This document shows, piece after piece, positions 38,800 to 51,610 of a stretch of 64,000 nucleotides of DNA. Source of the stretch: Raillietiella orientalis (taxonomy: Eukaryota); the NCBI GenBank assembly GCA_036172245.1, contig JAYWIR010000027.1, positions 2,232,001 through 2,296,000 on the forward strand, given 5' to 3'. The stretch's first letter is position 1. The number at the start of each line of letters is the position of its first letter. The translations under genes were made by a program, and so were the position numbers. The notes below the pieces were generated by a model. It was not told the DNA's origin and did no database searches. It was given only the letters and a program-made list of their open reading frames with translations.

Positions 38800-40450
38800 T
38801 GAGGGGCGGCACGCGAAGGCCACCAATATGCTTCGGGTTCACGCTAGGATGCCACCTCCGGGGAAATAGTCCTGGGGCAGGAACCATCCTCCCTTGAGAG
38901 CTCCCGGGAACTGCCGCAGGTAGCGGATCCTCCCTAGCAGTCTCTTTGCTGGATGGTGGCGTTTCCCAGCGCGAAGGGAACCGAAGAGCACGCCCGAATA
39001 GGGGAGCCGGGCATCCAGGCAACGGACGGGGGAAACCGGCGTGCGCGCCCAGCGCCGCCGGCGACGGCAGGTCCTGCCGGAGCGGTGCGCTGGCGCAAGC
39101 CACCCAAGCAGCCGACCTTGACTTCCGCGACACAGTCGAGGGACCGAGGGTGATCCGGAGGACAAACGGATTCCCCCGCCTAGGCAAAGGAGGCTGCGGT
39201 CCAGCGAGACCAAGGCACCATCTTCGGCTGGATCCCTGCCCGTGGACGGATCTTTCGAGATATTCCTGCAGCGGGATGCGTGCACAGGCGGAGGAAAGGT
39301 CGAGAGAAAAGCCATGCCCCCCTTTTTCCTCGGTCCCCCCTGCTCACGACCGTTCCCGATAGGGGGCAGAAGACGGCGCGGGCGGTGCCCGCAGCCCGGG
39401 GAAGTGGGCAGGTCGCGGTGTCTCGTCGCTCGGTCCTCAGGAAGTCCGTCCTCCCGAGGGGAGTAGCCGAGAGAACTGCCTCCTCGGGCGTGAGGGGCAG
39501 CAGAATGCGTGCGCAGGTCGGCGGCCCCGAGGCACCGACCGTCAGGTTCTTCGGGCTCGCCTTGCGGTTGGCGGCGCCGGACCGCGCGACTTACGGCCGC
39601 AGGGGAGGCTGTGCCTGCTAGGGCGCGCTCGCCATGCAGCAGGCAGGCCGCGTTCCAGAGGCGGCATCGGGGACCTCTTCGCGAATCAAAAAACTCGCGG
39701 GAACTCGCTTGACCTCTCGGACCAGGGTCACAGAAGGGATCCGCGCGCGACCCAGCGCCCGCTGGGTTCCGTCATCAAGGGCCAGGTATCTCGGAGTCTG
39801 TTCACCAGGATCTTGGTCCCCTCCCGCTCACCCTTGGCGGAGATCACCCCGTCTTTGCGCCATCGCCGGCAACGTTGGCAGATCGGAGCGCCTTTAACGA
39901 GACTCCACAAAGAGTCTTCTCCAAAGAGGACCGGAGAGAGTCAACCGTCGGAGCCTGGCAACCCTGGGGGTGCGCTACACAAACGGCTGTGCTGGGCGTT
40001 TGGCCTCCCTGAACGGGGGAGTGTACGCTGCCTCTGGCAACGGGTACCTCGGCGCTCCGAAGCGCGCCTGTCGTGGGTCGGAAGACGGGGACCATTCTGC
40101 TGCAGGCAGACCTAACCTCTCGCAAGACTCCCCAGTGCCTCCCGGCAGTCTGGGAGTGTTGACACCCTCTCGCGTGGTAGAGAGGAGAGGGAAGGCGGTG
40201 GGCTAGGACACGTGCGCATTCGTGACAGTCCCATCTTGCAAGAGGACCGACTAGAAGGGCGACCCGCGCGACGGACGAATCGGCCCGACGCCAGCAGGCC
40301 GCTGGCACAGACGCTCTTTCTCCCACCATGGCTGAGAGGAAGAGCATCCTCGACGGGGGACCGAGCTTTTCGCGTCTTTCCTTGGTGTCTGGGCAACCGT
40401 CCGTCAGACGGGGCGTTCCGTCGTTCCGCAGGGCACCGCGCATCCAGCGC
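38800..40450 (-). mobile_element. Possible older, highly decayed non-LTR RT fragment
   Basis: Weak RT-like words in the expected order: VPVARG, VDSLRSSLEKTLCG..SANV (YADD-like position), LLGRIRYLRQFP. Confidence 0.25.
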
Positions 40451-40688
40451 ACGGGGAGAGCATCCGCTTGAGGAACGTCGCGCGGAGACGGGAGAAATCG
40501 CGATCAGCACTCGTTGCACACTCTCCCTCCTTGCTTCCGCGTTGCTAGTTTGCCGAGGCTTGCGTGGGAATATCATCCTGGAGCTCTGCTTCTCAGTCTG
40601 GAGCTCGGGAGAGGTACTTAAAAAACAGGCGGACAACAACCCCTTCCCCTTCGTTTCCGCTGGCAGAGCGAGGAGCGAACTTAAGAGA

Positions 40689-43600
40689 TCAGGGCTCTTT
40701 TTTATTCTGGGAGTCGGCGGCGACCATATGTTTGGTGACGAACGGTTTCAGCAGAGGCCATCCAAGAAAGACGACGTGGCCGATGAAGCAGACGTTACGC
40801 AGCACGAACAAGTAGTTCCTCCAGCCGAGCAGCAGGAATGGGGCCACGCAGTACCCAAGCATGCACACGACATACAGCTTAAGGACGACGAATGCGAGCA
40901 GCCTCAGGGAGGTCTGGCGCTGCTGGAGCTTCGTCAGGGGGACGCTCCTGACTAAACGCCCCACGTCCCGCTCCATGTTGATGGCGAAGAACTCCAGCAT
41001 GAATGTCACGAAGTACCCCGTGTGGAAACCGTGCCACAGGGCCAGGAAGGCCAGGGTGCACGCCATGGCGATCGGGCGACTGCCCAGGAAACCGACCCTT
41101 TTGTACAAGTAGTTGGCGGCCCAGCCGTTGGTCTGCACGTTGAAGCAGGCAACCAGATGCTGCAGCTCGGTGGCGGTTAGAAACGGCAGCACCTTCACGT
41201 TGCAGGCGGCATCCCAGAGAGGCCTCCCTTCGGCGTCGTCGCCGTTGTACGTGATGGCGGTCAGCACGCAGCTGCCCTCAGACAAGAGCCATGCGGACAA
41301 GTACTTGCACAGGGCGATCTGCGACCACAATCCCATTAACAGGATGCGCAACCAGAAACCCATGTCCTAAATGCCGAAATGGCAAGTGGATTGCTGGCGT
41401 GAGTCTCACCAAGTACACGTTCGTCCTCAAGAAAGAGTGCGGCAGTATGGTCGTACCGATCACGTAGATGGCGAGGAACATGAGCCCCAGGAAGCCGCGC
41501 TGTAGGCCATAAGCGGTGTAGGACGGCAAGCGTGAGGGACTGCGGTTCGATTCTTCCGCAAGGATCAGCTGGAAAACGAAAAAAATAAAAATAAAACAAC
41601 AACAAAAAAAACAAACAGACGGTAAACAAAAGAGCGCGCTTCTATGGCGGCACCGGAGCCACCGCCTACCTACCTCCTTATCGACTTGGGTGCCGATCAG
41701 GGCTTGGTAGCGTCTCAGGGGCAGGTAAGGTCCAACCAGGTAGGTCGCAGGGAAGAACGCATACCCCATGATTTCGAAAATGGAAGGTAGGAAAAGAAGG
41801 CGACACTTCTGCTGGTAAGGAGTCAGTCCCTCCTATGAAAACGGGACGAGCGCGTCACGTATCATCGAACCCCCCCCCAACACCCGCCGCCGCCTGCACC
41901 CGGTCCTACCTCGCTGTGGCGTCCGTCGTAGTAGTTGAACGCAAGAGCGATCATGCGTAGGGTCAGCAGGCAGTGCGGAAGCGTCCATACGATGTCGTAC
42001 TCGGAGCTTTCAGTGAACCAGTAACCTAAAATTCCCGTTATCGGGCAAGTACTTCTCCAACAGGTTTCCTGTACCCAAAAGCAAGTAGCCAAATTGCACT
42101 AAAAAAGTGACACAGACACAGGTAGCGGTTGGTCCCAGTAAGATACACAAAATATACTGCAAGAACACACATCCCACATTATGGAACACTCCTGATCCTA
42201 GAAGAAAGGGAACACCGTTATCATACTGAGTCGGCTGCAACAAACCGCAGGTCTTCCGCAAGCAAAATTAATAGCCGCCGCCGCCACCCCAACCGAACGG
42301 CGTCCTTAAAACACGAAATCCACACGCCCTTTTTAAACGCGGTGCTACCGTTAAGGACATCTTCAGGAGATCAAACATCGTCTAGACGGAAGACGAAGGA
42401 AGGAAGGAACGAACTTTCAGGAATATGCATTGCAGACAGGCATTCCTGGCGGGAACCTCCTCCACGTGCGCACCTCCGCGCTGGCCTGGTTTGTGGGCCC
42501 GAAATTTAGTCACACGGCCGCGAAAGGGAGGGCGGGAGGAAAACGAGCGACTGATTAGTTCCGCGTTAGACTGGGGCAAGTGTCGACCTGATAAATTCAC
42601 ACCAAGGCTACCGGCCGGGCCCTACGACCCGACCCGACATGCGGTCCGACCTCTTCGGTCGAATGCGCGAATCCGCGCCTACAAAGGAGTTGTAGCGAAC
42701 TGCGCCGACTCGTTCACCGAGGTAATGAATCACCATGCATCTCGACAGATCTAGGGATGCTGGCTCTCCGGCGAATTGCCCATCTCCTCCGGAGGCCGGC
42801 AGGATTCTGAAGTACCGAGGGTTTCGCTATCAGTGCGCGTGGCCTCGCGCGCGCACTTCGCTCCGCTGTTTTCTTTTCTTGTTTCCACGAATCGCGGGCA
42901 GACGGTGCTTATCGTCCTATCCTTCGACTTTAGGATCTCTTTTGAAACGGAGATGAGAGATTACGCGCATCTTCCGTCGTGTGTGCTCCAGTAAAGGAGA
43001 CCGATTTTCAATTCCGCCGCCGTCTGCGACCTGCGTTATGGAGTCGCTTGAGAGCACGTGCGGTTTTCCCAACGATTGATCGATAAAACGATCCAGCAGA
43101 GGCAGGGCCTCGACCGAAAACGGTTAGTCGGCAGTTAGCACGCTCGCGATAAGTATGATAATGATGATAATAATAATAATAAAAGCCTCAACGTTTGATT
43201 TTGGACTTTCGCAAGAGGAGCTTTCGGGGACTCCAAAAATGATGCAAGATGCGGTGGAGGATCACTGGAAAGCACTGAATAAAGTGCTGCCCACACCTCC
43301 AAAAAATAAATAGGTCAAAGGAACAATTCGGGTGCAGAATTCAATGGTGAGCAGACAAAGGGCAACCTATGTTCCTTAATGCCGTTCACCGGAATTCGCA
43401 GGAGCTCGAAACGGTGGCAGAAATACTCAACCATGTTCGAAGAAAAACAACCACTTGAAAGAAAAGTGCCATTTCCGCCGATGGTGACTATCGAAAAGTC
43501 AAAACATTTCGAAAGCTGGGAAGAGCATGGCAAAAAAAAAGAAAAGAAAAAGAAAAGAAAGACCACGAGCTGACGAGACACCAGCCTCAACGGTCTGCTT

Positions 43601-46600
43601 GAATAGGGGCTACCACGAAAAGAAAACAGCTTCTCGAAGCAGAAAACCTGCCGAGATGATTGATTCGTTGTTTAGGTTATCGAATTTTTCTTTGCACGGA
43701 AATATTTACAACCACTGTCTGTAACCTAACTACAAAGGAAGCAGAAAGACAGAAAACTGTTGTAGGAAAGTGGTCGACCTCGATTCCCTATAACTCGTTT
43801 GCCAAATATGGTGGACTCAAGATGCTTGAGAAGCAATGGAACCTACCATCTCCACGAACTTCCATTTGGTCCTTCTAATGATCATCCGGTACTATTGCAT
43901 TCCTAATACAGAAAGGCCCATCGAGGATCGACATAAAAAGAGAGCTCAGTTCAAAATGGCACTACAGTCTGATTCGATGGCCATTCATAGTTCCACCTGC
44001 CCTCCCGAAAGGAGTACTTTGTTGACATAAATTTAAAAAAAAAAAAAAAAAATCATGCACCATAAGGCCAATTTGCATACAGAGTACACGTGCTCTTTAG
44101 TTACAATCCTTTAACGACCGACTTATTTACGATGAAGATCCCGATAAACTCAAGGCATTCACTTACATGCGCATTCGAGCACAATGAAGGAACTCTGCAA
44201 CACCAATCAAATCCTCCTACTTTTGCTTTTCCTTAACTTTCAACTTAAAGTCTTTCTTTGCCAACGTTGTTCATCGTGTTATCTCCGCAGTGACTTTTAG
44301 ATGGGTCCCTGACTGACCATTCACTGAACAGTCCTGGATATTGCTAACGAAACTCATCCAACCTCAGACAGACCACAGGGACAGCAATCTCATGACCGCA
44401 GAATTTAATTCTCACCGCCACGAACTGAAATGGAAAACTTTCAAAAAACATTCTGATTTCAAAACCACAGAAGCACGTTATTTGTTCTTTGCATTTCGGC
44501 TGCGCTGAAGTTTCCGTGGAAAATACTCCCAAGGCGCAAGACGTCAAGAATGGCAGGCGCCGACACAGATCGCATTCTGTTCCCTCAATGATGCTGCACA
44601 CCACAATTTGAAATCCACTGCCGGAACGTGCCATCACATCCACTACAGCCTCCGTTGTGCGTGCTGGGTAATCTGGTCGCGCTCTGTCCTCCTGGCTGTA
44701 CGAGAGAAGCCTCAAGCCCACCAAAGCCTTTGGAGTGCCACACCGGAAATGACATATGCTGCTGCTCACTTCTCACTCCTTCAAAGCAAAGTTTCTTTTT
44801 CTTTTTTGTTGAATATGTACTACTGGCACACGTCTTTTCGCAGTCACTCACTTTTGATTTTCTGAGGGCCGACGGTGCCTTATTCAAAGGAACAAAAATT
44901 CCCTCAGTTTTGCTTCGTGCTGGATTAAGAGGACTCCGAAAGAAAACTCCCTTTCGACGTCTTCCCCATCGACGATTTCTGGGAACGTTCCTACGAAACC
45001 CAGAGCAAGCAGCAGCACTTTGAATGGAAAATGCTGCTCAAATGGAACATTCAAAGAATTAGATGTTCGATGCCATGGGTAACTTCGAAATGCAACTTGG
45101 TAAGTTTAAGCAGCCGGTAGCACGATCTCTAAACTTACGAATGTTAACACCCTTGACAAACGAATAGGTACTACAGTTCGCGAACATACTTTGCTTTGAG
45201 TAATGCTGCAAATAATTCTATGGAGCACATCTATCAAAGAAAAGAATGTTGGAAAAGAGTGGCCATTTCGTATTGGTCACCCTTTAAACACTCTATACGG
45301 CCACGATTTTCGATGCTTTTTGCTCCAAATATTGGAAAAATAGAAATCCTACTTATTTCGTTTGCATTTTAAAACAAAGCATACAGCTAAAAGCATAATA
45401 ATCTTCAATTTGTCTTATGCACTAAAATTCATTTCCCTTTTCAAATAGTTGTTTTAACCAATAGTTTTTCTGTTTCAAATAAATACTCAGACGGTCTTTC
45501 ATTGAATAGGATTTCAGATCCATGACAGCACATAACAAAACCTTTCCGCCATGCAAATACAACGTCGATAGCACAGTTGTTGCATCTGCACACATGATTT
45601 TCACCAGGTACCAACAGCACTGCTGCTAAAGCACTAATCAATGCCGAAATAGCTATCTATGGCTTCAGTTTGATCCCAAATATCAAAATTAAACATGGCC
45701 AACTAATGTTTTCACATGAGAAGACATCAGCGATGTGTGATGTATTCACATTGCCAAGCATACTTCAGCATTTTTAACCTCAAGACTTTTTTTCTTTTAT
45801 TTCAAAGCACTACATGCAAATGCGTCCAACTTTGCAAATAAATTGGGCAAATCCCATTAAGGTTTTGAACAGAATAAACTACAAGATCCAAGGACTCAAG
45901 GGCTCATTCCTGTTGTTTCTTCATTAATAACTGGGAAGATAATTTGTCCACATATCATCGTCAAACAAAAGTCAACTGCAGTATGTTAAACAGAACACCA
46001 TTTTCTTTTTAGCTCATTAGTATTCAGATCGAAAATATCCATTTTCCTTTACTCTCAATTTGATTTGAAATCCTCACAATTGATATTTCTGCTCCATTTA
46101 GTACCTCCTTTTTGCAAGTCTTCTCTGTGACTAACCAAGTAATCACTAATAAACTTCACATACCTGTCAAACATAATTTTTCATCACCATCATTATTAGA
46201 ATGTATAATAACCTCATGTGTTAACAAACTGTTCCCACTCTTAGGGAAACAGCCATCTATAGGACAAGAACTCCAAACAACATAAGATGTTGCCTCACAA
46301 GCACACATGATCATCATGTTTGCAAGAACAGCATGAAAATGCATAATGGAAGACAACAGGGACTTTATGTTCACTAAGGGAAAGGGCAATCTTCTCAACT
46401 GCTACATTACTTTGAATTCAGTTTTCAATCAAAAAACAAAAAGGAAGAAATGCTCCCTTAAGAAATACATATTAAAAATTACATATATGCACTTTCAGCA
46501 TTTTTCAGCTCTTCTACTTGCTTCTCTTCCAAAATGAGGTCGGACAGAAAAGACTCTACAAAGGGCACATATTATTTGGGTGTGAAAACATACACTGCAC

Positions 46601-47649
46601 CCTGTTTCAAAAGGACCTAATGATCTTGTGAATATCCTAACATGGATACCAAAATTTTTACAATGTCAATAATCTGTAACTCTTTAGTTAGTTTCGAACT
46701 GCAAATTGGAAACAGTTTGGTTGAGCCTACATCAACAGTTAGCATTTGTTGTAAGCACTTGCATCAGAATCCTTGGCAATGGTATATTCAAAGCACTAGA
46801 CCTTATGAAAGGATGGGAATCATAATTTCCACCATTCCATCACACCTACGTATCATCCTTTTCTTTCATTATTTTACTTTATAATGTACAAAACGTTTAT
46901 GCGTAATGCAGATACATAGGTGAAACAATGGGGTGTAAGGTACACAAGCAACAATGACTACAAATTCAAGAGTTGTCTGATTCTAGTTTACATTCAAATT
47001 GATATTTTTGCAAGTCTTACTTTCAGAGCTTTTTATTCTCAAAATCTTAGGTTGGTATTATATTAATGCAACACACTTTAGCCGACACCCAAATTACATA
47101 CTACTACTCTTTTGATTTCTCAAGGTCCAAAATCAATTCGAGGTAAAATTAATGGACGGGTGAATCGGTGGGAAAATTATTTTCATTCAGTGCTTTAGAC
47201 ACAAAAGTATCAAACACTTCCTTTGAACACGTTTCAATGATTACTTTCATGGAACACTATATTTAGTTTTCAAAGTTTCAAATGTGCAGTTAATCAACAA
47301 ATGCTTGCAGCATGTCCGTCATTTCATTTCAAGATTTACTTTTAAAAAAAAGAAAATAAATAATTCCAATTTTTACCAAAGTTGTAATTTCCGATTGAAA
47401 TGCCACACACAATGAAGAAAAGATTTTGAAATCTAGGGGTTCTGTTCCTGATGCAATACCGATAAAATAATCCCAATGGATAGCCTTGACAATAAATGAG
47501 AATTTATTTTTAGAAACTTTGGAAGAAAAAAATGACTACATACAAAACAAAATGGACAAAAGTAACTTTAATGCAGCTTCTGTGGTTCCGAAATAATCTG
47601 CAATGCCTTTCAAAGTACACGTGTACTGAAGCGGCTCTGCTGCATCCAT
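40689..47649 (-). CDS. LPCAT3: Lysophospholipid acyltransferase 5 (LPCAT3/MBOAT5/nessy-like)
   Basis: Exons 47649-47544, 47484-47377, 42197-42075, 42025-41910, 41832-41674, 41568-41410 and 41366-40689 join in frame. Motifs: GTTEAALKLLLSIL, YPLGLFYR..NYNFG, YDIVWTLPHCLLTLRMI..YYDG, LVGP, KYLSAWLLSEG, FNVQTNGWAANYLYKR, FLALWHGFHTGY (catalytic His), C-terminal KKEP ER-retrieval-like motif. Confidence 0.93.
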
Positions 47650-47699
47650 CGTGCAAGAACACACACACACACCTCTCTGCTCGACTTCAGGCCCGGCTA

Positions 47700-48150
47700 C
47701 ACTCAAGCTTCGCGCTCCTCTGCACCGACGTGCCGGCAGAACACGAGGCACCACCACGGCGGCGATTCATCTTCGCGAGTGGCGGCGGCGGCCGACCGAC
47801 GCGAGCACCCCTCCCCCTCCCCCTCCTCCTCCCCCCCCCCCGCGCGCGCGCGCTCGCTCGCTCGCGCGTGCGCGCGCAGTGGGAGCCGTGCCTCGCGGTG
47901 ACGGGCCTCCTCGTCGTCGATCAACCGCCGCCGCGCGCGCTAACATCGGTCCGTCGCTCCGCTCGTCCACCGGACGAACCCCGGGGCGGAGAAGATGCGT
48001 CCTGCTCCGGAGCAGGGGGGAGGAGGGGGTCCGGGAGGCGCGCGAGGAAACGGCAAGCCGCCCGAGAGGAGGGAACCCCCACGAAAATAGGCGCCTCGCG
48101 AGGGCATCTGTTCCTCGAGGCGCCCACGGGATCGGTTTTTTTTTGCACCG
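47700..48150 (-). promoter_or_regulatory. CpG-island-like promoter region of LPCAT3 with poly-C and (CG)n tracts
   Basis: Abrupt switch to CpG-dense sequence just upstream of the ATG (47649). C-runs and CGCGCGCGCGCG at ~47812-47878 have G4/Z-DNA potential. Confidence 0.5.
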
Positions 48151-49275
48151 GTCCCGCAACAGTGCAGCTTCAGCTCAGATGATCAGGCCGATAATCTCGC
48201 AAAGGCAAACTTTTTTGCAGGCTGCAACACAGCTGCCATCCGGTTCCTGTTGCAGTGATAAGACCGATGATGCGTTACGACAGAACGCGTACTACGATAA
48301 GGAATGCCGAAAAGACGTGATAACACTTTTCCGACTGCTAGAAGAAGAAGGAGGAAAAAAAAAAAAAAAAAATACGATAATCCTTTTTGTGTAGGAAAAA
48401 CGAGAGAGGGAGAGAGAAAAGACTTGGGAAAAACAAAGAACTGGGCGATGGACAACAGTCAACGTGGATACGGAGCCTTCGTCCGGACTCACCACATGAA
48501 GAAGAAGAGAAAACGTTTGTCCGGGTCCAAACGTTCTTCTCTGCTCTTCATTTCAACTGGCTGGGGAGGAAGCACCATCTCCGATTAAAGCCATGTTCAA
48601 ACACACCTACAGTTTTCCGAGGAGCAAGTCCAAGTCCTCCAGCTCGCAGACTGCTGGGCTGCTCCTCTTGGTTTGTAAAAATTGGGTTTCGGCTCTTTCC
48701 TGCTTTCGTCTTCGGAAAGGATTCTTTCTCGGGCACTTCCGTTCGGGTGTGTTCCCACCTCAGAAAAGTGACATGGAAGCACGTGGATCACGGCGCCACG
48801 AGACGACATGAAAACGATAATAAGACTTACATACCCCCACTAATTCCGGGAGCGATGCGTCTCCGGCTCCTTTGTGTCTCCCGGAAAGCACAACCAACTC
48901 CAGAGCTTTCTCTAGCTCGAAGAACCTCATGAAGAAGAGCTGTTTCTTTGTGCTGTCACCTCTACACACATAAATCTCTGGTGTTTTTCTTTCGAGCTCG
49001 CCAAGAACGTCTCAGTGCTGTTCGCTCGCTCCAATTTCGCACCCGAGTGGGACGTTTTCGGATTCCAGACAGTTCGATTTCCGGGATGCGAACGCAAATC
49101 CTGAAAGTTCCCAAGTACCAACGAAGTATTCTCGCGGGTACTACCAGGAAGACAGATCACATTCGGTTCAGAACACCTGAAGAGGTCAGTATTCATGGTA
49201 ACTTTTTCCGCAAGCACTCGAAGAAGCGGAAAAGGTCCAACCAACAAACCACCGGCTGGGAAAAACAGAACAACC

Positions 49276-49973
49276 GAATCCAGGAAGGCTCGGAGTCCGT
49301 TCCTCTCACGCTTGAGGAGGGACCCCTCCTTCAGGGAGGATCGCACCTCCCACCCTGATTGTTTCCGAAGGGAGTCTTCTTCCTCATTCCCTCCGTCGGG
49401 AGCACCCGGGACGGGGGATGGTCCTCTCCATTTCATCTTCTCCGAAGGGAACCCGCAAGGGAGCCGCTCCTGTTCACTCCTCTGAAGAGAACCCCGAAGG
49501 GACGCTTCAGAAGGGGCGCTGCAGCTTCCCGCAGGGAATCGCTCTCGCTTGCTTCCTTGTGCACACTCTGTGAAGAGGCGACGACTCGGAGGGTCCCCCC
49601 CGCAACGGGGAGGCTCCGCGCCTTTGAACAACTGGAGAGGTGCCCGTGAGGGCTCCTGCTCCATCTTGAAACCAGAGGGATCCTCCGGTGAGGGGGATCC
49701 GCTCTCCGTTGCACGACAGGAGGAGGAACTCCCCACTCCTTGATTCCTGGAAGGACCCGAAGGTCGACTCCCATTGCTCCGACCGTCATCGGGGGCCTCC
49801 GGCTTAATCCACCGCCGGTGCCACGCCCGAATGTCTAGGCCAACCAGCGCCATCTTGCAGGAGAAACTCGGAACTCAACGACGCAGTGGCGTCAGTTTCT
49901 GCCGGAGTATTCGAACCCGCGACGCATGGTGCCACGCGCGGAAGCCTTAACCACAAGTCCTCCGACGCGGGCA
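49276..49973 (-). mobile_element. tRNA-headed SINE-like element, copy A
   Basis: Reverse complement of 52983-53723. The head has an A-box-like TGGTTAAGG and a B-box GGTTCGAAT. Confidence 0.65.
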
Positions 49974-50096
49974 CTGGGGGCAAGGGCCTACTTGCTGCTA
50001 GTGGAATGTGCGCTGCAAGCATCTGTGTGGACAATGATGGACACCTTTTGTGCTGTCGCGCGCAAGGAGCTACGCGGTTGCGTCACGATCTCACCG

Positions 50097-50141
50097 AACC
50101 TAACCCAACCTCTCCCCCAACCTAACCTTCTACCTAACCTA
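50097..50141. repeat. Degenerate (CCTAA)n tract (arthropod telomere-like motif)
   Basis: AACCTAACCCAACC...AACCTAACCTTCTACCTAACCTA. Confidence 0.4.
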
Positions 50142-50329
50142 TGTCAGCAAGAGATCACCAGCGCTGTCGGTTCAGCAGTCGCATCAGCGCAACCGAATTT
50201 CATTTTAGCAGGGCTGGAGAGGCTCTTTAGGCAGTCCTGCCACTCAGGTGACCCCGCCTCTCGATTGCCTCGCGTTGCTGCAGGACAGTAAAGCGGAAGA
50301 GGACCGCCAGCAAGTTTCCTAGCAACACA

Positions 50330-50796
50330 CAAAACGCAGGAAGGCTGGAATCGAAATCTCTGATTCCCCGCCGTTTCCAAGGTGCTCCTTGCTCTACGCG
50401 AAGGTCCAAACTCGCGCCTCCGCAAGCCGGAAGCAGAGGAGCGCTTCCTTATTCTACGGATGTTTGCTTCCTCAATAGCAACTGCCTTCCTTTTGAGAAG
50501 GAACCAATAGAACCAAAGATCCCCTTCCCTCCCCTCTTCTCCTTTTTTATGTATTTATTGTTCCCTCACTCCGCTCCCTACTTTTTCAGAAGCCGGTCTG
50601 CGTGCCGGTAGTCGTACCCAATGAACTTTTTTTTTTGCGTGTGTGTGTGTGTGTGGGTGGGTGGGTGGGTGGGGGGGGAAATCCCTTATATTCAGGGGAC
50701 ACTGTTCCCCTCTCACTTGTGATTTATTTTTTAAATAAATTCCCTTTATTTAAAAAATAAATCACAAGGCTTTTGCCCGGAGTCTCCGGGTAAAAA
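50330..50796 (+). mobile_element. 3' end of the L1/Tx1-like family, containing a (GT)n(GGGT)n microsatellite and a 24-bp perfect palindrome
   Basis: T-rich tract, family motif GCCGGTCTG, AATAAA, then CCCGGAG-T-CTCCGGG-TAAAAA. Microsatellite at 50639-50678; palindrome at 50716-50768. Confidence 0.6.
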
Positions 50797-51139
50797 CCCT
50801 TCCTTACGAACACAACCGAATACTGACGTGACGACAGAGCGACTCGCGTGGCTGCGCACGCGCAGTGCCTGCGACCGTCCCTTGCCAGCTTCGCTCGCAA
50901 TGCGCGAGGTGGCATTTCGACCCAGAGACTAGCAGCAAAGCGGGACATCAAGTCATCTTCTTCCAACCCCTTCCTACGGAAAGCCAGTTCCTGGATTGCT
51001 CTGGGGCAAGCCGCGGTCCCCAGAGACTAAGGAGACCAGAGCACACTTCTTCTGCGGACGAGGCTCTTCCGCAAATGGAATCAACCCCTGCCTATGAAGC
51101 CAACTGGTCCAACTCTTCATGCACTGGAAAGTGGACGAT

Positions 51140-51610
51140 AAGAGTGTGCCGCGCACGACTTCCCATCACACACAAACGGAGCGGCCACTGCACAGGATGT
51201 TGCCTTGGGGTGGAGAGCTGCAAGTTTAAAGAGCATGGAAGAGGCAAATTTGAGTTTGCGCGTTTGTTTTTTTTGGTGGGCTTGTTTTCTTCCCTTGTTT
51301 CAAACTTGTACAAACAGCGTCCTGCGAAATGCTAATCGCTTACAGAAGGGAGAGCATTTGCGATGGGATCCGAAAGTTTGCCTGGACCCAAAAGTTTTTC
51401 CTCGTAGAAGCAAATGGGGCGAAAGCTGCATGCCGAATGCGCACTGAAACGCCATCCACAAACCATCCATAAAGGAGTGGAACAGTTTAGTACAAGGCAC
51501 AAAAGAGTTCAAAAACATCACTGGTGGAGGCAGAAATGGGAATTTCATAAGACCTGTGCTCCCACTGCAAACTGCGCTTTTGCAAGAGCACGTGCTTTGA
51601 GGAGGCGTGA
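51140..51610 (+). pseudogene. Possible very decayed piggyBac transposase C-terminal half
   Basis: Across frames and in order: HDFPSHTNGA (DYNxxMGGVD-like), RLFFLVGL..NLYK, and the Cys-rich LCSHCKLRFCKSTCFEE (51551-51610). Confidence 0.3.

Noticed and set aside
48455..48495. Penelope-type hammerhead ribozyme (PDEGS-like minus-strand word)
   Set aside because: It lacks the CUGAnGA and GAAA cores. No convincing hammerhead was seen anywhere in the window.
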